Assembly (NCBI RefSeq): GCF_001457615.1
Contig: NZ_LN831024.1
Span: 3,240,001 to 3,272,000, forward strand
Length of the DNA: 32,000 nucleotides
From: Pseudomonas aeruginosa
GTDB taxonomy: Bacteria; Pseudomonadota; Gammaproteobacteria; Pseudomonadales; Pseudomonadaceae
Direction: 5' to 3'
In this document: one piece after another, positions 27,880-32,000 of the stretch
Position numbering within the stretch: position 1 is the stretch's first letter
Layout: the number at the start of each line of letters is the position of its first letter
Notes under the pieces: model-generated
What the model was told of the DNA's origin: nothing
The model's database searches: none
The model's input: only the letters and a program-made list of their open reading frames with translations
Made by a program: the position numbers and the translations under genes

Positions 27880-28206
27880 TCCGCACTCTCGTGCTACGGG
27901 CCTGCGCCACCGGGCGTCGGGGTGGCAGGCGAAACCTTGATCGGCGGGAGGCGGCGCCGACGTCGGATTGCACGTGTCCCTCCCGCAAACAGCGATGGCA
28001 GGCCGCCGGGCCTGCGCGGAAGGCAATATGCCGCAGAAGCTCGAACGCAAAAAAGAATATTAATTAAGGTGTCCTTAACTTTTTGGCATTAGAAGATCGC
28101 CATCCCGCGACGACTGTCGTCATTCCTTACGAAATGGCAACGCCGCGATCCGCCGAAAGCGGCATACTCGTCAGCTTGTTTCGCCGCGTCGACAACGCCC
28201 GTACCA

Positions 28207-30201
28207 ATGTCCGCCTCGCTCCCCAACGACACCCCGCCTGACGAAGCCCTGCCCCTGGTCCTGGCCGGTCCCCTGCTGCGCCGCGCAGAGCCCGGACGCC
28301 TGGTGTTCTGGCTGGCCACGTCATGCCCGACGACCATCGAACTGATCCTCGCCAGCGAAGGCGAGGCGGAGCGTCGGGTCCGCCTCGCGGAAGGAACCCA
28401 CTCGGCCATCCGCATCGGCACCCATGCCTGGCTGCACCTGCTGGATGTCGCGCTCGACCCGCCGTTGCCCTGCGCCCGCCTGGTCGACTACGACCTGCGC
28501 CTCGCCGCCGACGGCCGGGAGCCTGCGGGAATCGCCGAATGGGCGCCGCATCTGCTCTACCCCGGTCGCCAGCGCGCCAGCCTGGTGCTCAAGCCACGTC
28601 TCGACCAGTTGCTCCACGGCTCCTGCCGCAAGCCGCATCACCCAGCGGCCGATGGCCTGCTGCAGGTCGACCGGCTGCTGGAGGAAAACCTGCTGCAGGC
28701 CGAAAGCCGCCCGGCGTTGCTGATGATGAGCGGCGACCAGGTCTACGCCGACGACGTCGCCGGGCCGATGCTGGTGGCCATCCATGGGTTGATCCACCGC
28801 CTCGGCCTGTACGGCGAACACCTGGAAGGCGCACTGGTGAACGACAGCGAGGCACTCTACGCGCACCCGGCCACCTACTACCGGCGCGAGGACCTGCTGC
28901 CCGCCTTCGAGTCCAACGAAGCCCTGCGCGAGCGCTTCTTCGGCGGGGTGAAGAAGCCGATCTTCACCTCGGCCAACGCCCACAACCATCTGGTCGGCCT
29001 GGCCGAGGTGCTGGCGATGTACCTGCTGGTCTGGTCGCCGGCGCCCTGGCGCCTGGTCAGGCTGGAACCGCCGCCGGGGCTGGATGCGCGGCACGCGCAG
29101 CGCTTCGCCGGCGAGCGCCGGCACATCGAAGCCTTCCGCGATGGCCTGCCCCGCGTGGCGCGGGCGCTGGCGCATATCTCGTCGCTGATGATCTTCGACG
29201 ACCACGACATCACCGACGACTGGAACCTTTCAGCACGCTGGGAGCTGACCGCCTACGGCCATCCGTTCTCCCGGCGGATCATCGGCAACGCCCTGCTCGC
29301 CTACCTGCTCTGCCAGGGCTGGGGCAACGACCCGCAGCATTGCGGCGAATGGCTGGCGCCGGTCGCGACCCTGATGGAGGGTGCCGCGGCAGACGGCCGG
29401 CTGCCCTGCGCCGAGCAGGACCGCCTGCTCGATGCCCTGCTCGACTTCCAGCACTGGCACTACCGGTTGCCTGGCAGCCCGACCCTGATCGTCCTCGACA
29501 CGCGCACCCGCCGCTGGCGTAGCGAGCGCAACCTGGGCCGGCCCTCCGGGCTGATGGACTGGGAGGCACTGAGTGAATTCCAGCAGGACCTGCTCGGCGA
29601 AAAGGCGGCGATCATCGTGTCGCCGGCGCCGATGTTCGGGGTCAAGCTGATCGAGGGCGTACAGAAGCTTTTCAGTTGGATCGGCCAGCCGCTGCTGGTC
29701 GATGCGGAAAACTGGATGGCCCATCGCGGCGCGGCCTCGGTGATGATGAACATCTTCCGCCACTCGCGTACGCCGGGTAACTACCTGATCCTTTCCGGCG
29801 ACGTGCATTACTCCTTCGTCTACGACATCCGGATTCGCCATCGCGAGCGCGGGCCCCGGCTCTGGCAGATCACCAGCAGCGGGATCAAGAACGAATTCCC
29901 GCGACGCCTGCTGGACTGGTTCGACCGCCTCAATCGCTGGCTCTATGCGCCCTGGTCGCCGCTGAACTGGCTGACCCAGCGGCGCAGTCTGGAAATCCGC
30001 CCGCGCGTTCCGCAGCACAGCCAGGCCGGCGAGCGCCTGTGGAACAGCGCCGGGATCGGCCAGGTATTCATTGGCGAGGACGGCCGTCCGCGCGCGGTGT
30101 TGCAGGTCAATGCCGATGGCTCGCCGGCGACCGCCTTCGAGCGACATCGCGACGTCGAAGACGAACGAGCGGACCAGTCGCCGGTCGCGCCGGGTCGCTG
30201 A
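28207..30201 (+). CDS. PhoD-like metallophosphatase / phosphodiesterase, no export signal
   Basis: 664 aa with ATG at 28207. Metallophosphoesterase/PhoD-type motif order LLHGSCRKP, MMSGDQVYADD, MIFDDHDITDDWN, ILSGDVHYSF. The N-terminus lacks a Sec or Tat signal. Confidence 0.75.
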   Translation: MSASLPNDTPPDEALPLVLAGPLLRRAEPGRLVFWLATSCPTTIELILASEGEAERRVRLAEGTHSAIRIGTHAWLHLLDVALDPPLPCARLVDYDLRLAADGREPAGIAEWAPHLLYPGRQRASLVLKPRLDQLLHGSCRKPHHPAADGLLQVDRLLEENLLQAESRPALLMMSGDQVYADDVAGPMLVAIHGLIHRLGLYGEHLEGALVNDSEALYAHPATYYRREDLLPAFESNEALRERFFGGVKKPIFTSANAHNHLVGLAEVLAMYLLVWSPAPWRLVRLEPPPGLDARHAQRFAGERRHIEAFRDGLPRVARALAHISSLMIFDDHDITDDWNLSARWELTAYGHPFSRRIIGNALLAYLLCQGWGNDPQHCGEWLAPVATLMEGAAADGRLPCAEQDRLLDALLDFQHWHYRLPGSPTLIVLDTRTRRWRSERNLGRPSGLMDWEALSEFQQDLLGEKAAIIVSPAPMFGVKLIEGVQKLFSWIGQPLLVDAENWMAHRGAASVMMNIFRHSRTPGNYLILSGDVHYSFVYDIRIRHRERGPRLWQITSSGIKNEFPRRLLDWFDRLNRWLYAPWSPLNWLTQRRSLEIRPRVPQHSQAGERLWNSAGIGQVFIGEDGRPRAVLQVNADGSPATAFERHRDVEDERADQSPVAPGR

Positions 30202-30258
30202 GACGCCAGAACAAGGGGGACGGGCGGACGCCGCGCCGCGTCATCCGCCCGCCCGGTT

Positions 30259-30555
30259 TCAGAACGGCCGCTCCTGCACGTCCAGGGTCGCCGCCAGCGC
30301 TTGCCAGAGCACCTCGGCGAAGACCCGCTGGGCGTCGCCGGACAGGTACGCCTGCATGGCCGCTTCATCGCTCCACTCGCTGTGCAACAGCCACAGGTCG
30401 GCGTCCCCGTCCGCCTGGCGCAGTTCGTAGCGCAGGCAACCGGGTGCAGCCTGGCCCGCCTGCGCCAGCTCTTGCAGGCGCAGGCCGAGGCGGTGCGACT
30501 GGCCGCTGCGGGCGCGAATGCTGACCAGGTGACTGGCCCGATTGAACGCTGGCAT
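30259..30555 (-). CDS. ABM-domain (antibiotic biosynthesis monooxygenase-like) small protein
   Basis: 98 aa from ATG 30555, with RBS GAGGAGG 8 nt upstream. The ORF-track start at 30666 adds 37 implausible residues. ABM-like pattern HLVSIRARSG...PGCLRYELRQ...DLWLLHSEWSDEAAMQAYLSG. Corresponds to PA2048 from memory. Confidence 0.8.
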   Translation of the reverse strand: MPAFNRASHLVSIRARSGQSHRLGLRLQELAQAGQAAPGCLRYELRQADGDADLWLLHSEWSDEAAMQAYLSGDAQRVFAEVLWQALAATLDVQERPF

Positions 30556-31025
30556 GCTCTCTGCCTCCTCGACATGGATTCGCCGCTGCGCAAGCGGCAC
30601 CAGGAGTGGAAGGGCCGGCGGCGCCGAGACGCCGGCCGGCCGCTGTGGGGTGTAAGGGTGACGCATGTGCCCTGCCTCCGATTACCAGTTGCCGGGATGG
30701 GTCCGCGCCAGCGTGCCGCCCGCGGCTGGGCCGGCAGGCGAACGGGAAGGCGTGTCGGGGACCAGAGCGCCGTCGCGCGACCGCGAACGGGAGGCGCCCG
30801 GCGCGCGCTCCGGCGGCACGCCGCCCGATGACAGTCTGGCCTGTTGATTTGACATAGGTGTGTCCCCCTGCAGGTATTTCCCATCGGCATGACGGAGATT
30901 CCGCCATGCCAGCCAGATTAGGGGGACGGCGCGGGGAATCGGTAGACGGATACTGTCGGGTTCTTGCCTGAAACTGCCGCGTTCCGGTTTTTTCTCATCC
31001 GCTTGCGCCCGGTGAAACGAGCTGG

Positions 31026-31079
31026 CTTGCCTGTTCCTGGCGAATGCTTGCCTGATCCTGCCATCGCGCAGCGCGATGG
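31026..31079. promoter_or_regulatory. 21-bp-phased direct repeats plus a 19-bp palindrome upstream of the AraC-family gene
   Basis: CTTGCCTGTTCCTGGC (31026-31041) and CTTGCCTGATCCTGCC (31047-31062) match at 14 of 16 positions and lie 21 bp apart. A third copy, CTTGCCTGAAACTGCC, lies at 30963-30978, 63 bp upstream. The perfect palindrome CCATCGCGCAGCGCGATGG occupies 31061-31079. Confidence 0.4.
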
Positions 31080-31136
31080 ATGCCTGTCGCCGCGACGCGC
31101 GCTAGTCTTGGGAAGGTTTCCCCCGCGAGTCCCCGC

Positions 31137-32000
31137 ATGAGCGAAAACACCCCGCTTCTTTCCGTCGATCTCCCCGCCGAATTGCGCCAGCGCCAGAGCG
31201 AACTGGCGCAGTCGCTGCTCAGGCATTGCCCCCGCGACGGTATCTACGGCACCGCCGTCGACCCCCTCGCCCTGATCCGCGCCGACGGCCCCACCCTGCC
31301 GGCGCGCGGCATGCACAAACCTGCCCTGTGCATCATCGCCCAGGGCCGCAAGGAGGTGCAGTTGGCCGAGGAACGCTATATCTACGATCCGTTGCACTAC
31401 CTGGTGGTCTCGGTCACCCTGCCGCTGGCCGGCCAGGTGATCGACGCCTCGCCGGACGCGCCCTACCTCTGCGTCCGGCTGGATATCGACCCGGCGGAAA
31501 TCACCCAGTTGATCTCCGACGCCGGGCCCATGGAAGTGGCCAGCCGGCGCGGCGACCGCGGCCTCTACGTCGACCGTATCGACGCCAGCCTGCTGGATGC
31601 GGTGCTGCGCCTGATCCATCTGCTGGACAGCCCGCGCGACATCCCGATGCTGGCGCCGCTGATCCTCCGCGAGATTTTCTACCGCCTGCTGCGCAGCGGC
31701 CAGGGCCAGCGCCTGCACGAGATCGCCATCGCCGACAGCCAGGCCCACCGCATCACCCGCGCCATCGACTGGATCAACCAGAACTACGGCAAGCCGCTGC
31801 GCATCGAGCAACTGGCCCAGGTGGTCAACCTCAGCCCCTCGACCCTGCACCACCGCTTCAAGGCCGTGACCGCGATGAGCCCGTTGCAGTACCAGAAGCA
31901 GCTGCGCTTGCAGGAAGCACGCCGGCTGATCTTCAGCGAGGGCCTGGAAGTGGCCGCCGCCGGCTACCGGGTCGGCTACGAAAGCCCGTCGCAGTTCAGC
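31137..32000 (+). CDS. cmrA: AraC-family transcriptional regulator (AraC_N + HTH), 3'-truncated by the window edge
   Basis: Open frame of 288 codons from ATG 31137 to the window end, absent from the ORF track because it has no stop. It encodes MSENTPLLSVDLPAELRQRQSELAQSLL... and a C-terminal AraC HTH (LRIEQLAQVVNLSPSTLHHRFKAVTAMSPLQYQKQLRLQEARRLI...GYESPSQFS). The track ORF 30918..31853 on the minus strand is its antisense shadow. Corresponds to PA2047 (cmrA) from memory. Confidence 0.88.
   Translation, partial: MSENTPLLSVDLPAELRQRQSELAQSLLRHCPRDGIYGTAVDPLALIRADGPTLPARGMHKPALCIIAQGRKEVQLAEERYIYDPLHYLVVSVTLPLAGQVIDASPDAPYLCVRLDIDPAEITQLISDAGPMEVASRRGDRGLYVDRIDASLLDAVLRLIHLLDSPRDIPMLAPLILREIFYRLLRSGQGQRLHEIAIADSQAHRITRAIDWINQNYGKPLRIEQLAQVVNLSPSTLHHRFKAVTAMSPLQYQKQLRLQEARRLIFSEGLEVAAAGYRVGYESPSQFS

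Noticed and set aside
28046-28100. Fur box in the AT-rich island upstream of the ECF sigma gene.
   Set aside because: The best alignment I could make to GATAATGATAATCATTATC matched about 10 of 19 positions, which is below what I would accept. I left it as an unexplained AT-rich island.

Overview
This is a very GC-rich chromosomal segment of Pseudomonas aeruginosa type. Gene order matches my memory of the PAO1 locus PA2070 down to PA2047, read here in reverse numbering. That match is recollection plus motif reading; no search was run. I support 24 protein-coding genes and found no tRNA, rRNA, CRISPR, integrase or transposase.

Layout, left to right:
- A plain TonB-dependent receptor.
- A tightly packed four-gene cassette: NodU/CmcH-type carbamoyltransferase, MFS transporter, HAD hydrolase and a DUF218/YdcF-like protein.
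- pcoA-pcoB (copper multicopper oxidase and outer-membrane partner), behind a cop-box-like site.
- An orphan DUF2235 (Tle1-like) alpha/beta hydrolase.
- An IscS-like PLP enzyme.
- The sppR-sppABCD operon: a TonB-dependent transducer plus a YejABEF-like ABC importer.
- A divergent LysR regulator and DHA2 MFS pair.
- cynR and cynT-cynS (cyanate detoxification).
- A FecI/FecR-type ECF sigma and anti-sigma pair.
- A large signal-less PhoD-like metallophosphatase.
- A small ABM-domain protein.
- The 5' part of an AraC-family regulator (cmrA-like), which runs off the window and is therefore missing from the ORF track.

Many ORF-track starts are TTG/GTG extensions, so I re-placed starts on ATG or GTG codons with ribosome-binding sites. 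The long opposite-strand ORFs are GC-driven artefacts.

Most interesting observations:
1. Three abutting lux-type (las/rhl) box palindromes lie in front of the carbamoyltransferase cassette. This suggests a quorum-sensing-controlled orphan pathway for tailoring and exporting a small molecule.
2. The cell-surface-signalling system looks split. The STN-domain transducer sppR sits 4.9 kb from the only sigma/anti-sigma pair, with the LysR-MFS pair and the cyn genes in between.
3. An IscS-like desulfurase is appended to the TonB/ABC import operon.
4. The orphan Tle1-like hydrolase has no T6SS or immunity context.
5. A 581-bp intergenic region between the ABM gene and the AraC gene carries 21-bp-phased direct repeats, a 19-bp palindrome and an unannotated 57-codon ORF.
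6. REP/REPIN-like palindromic elements occur in two intergenic regions.
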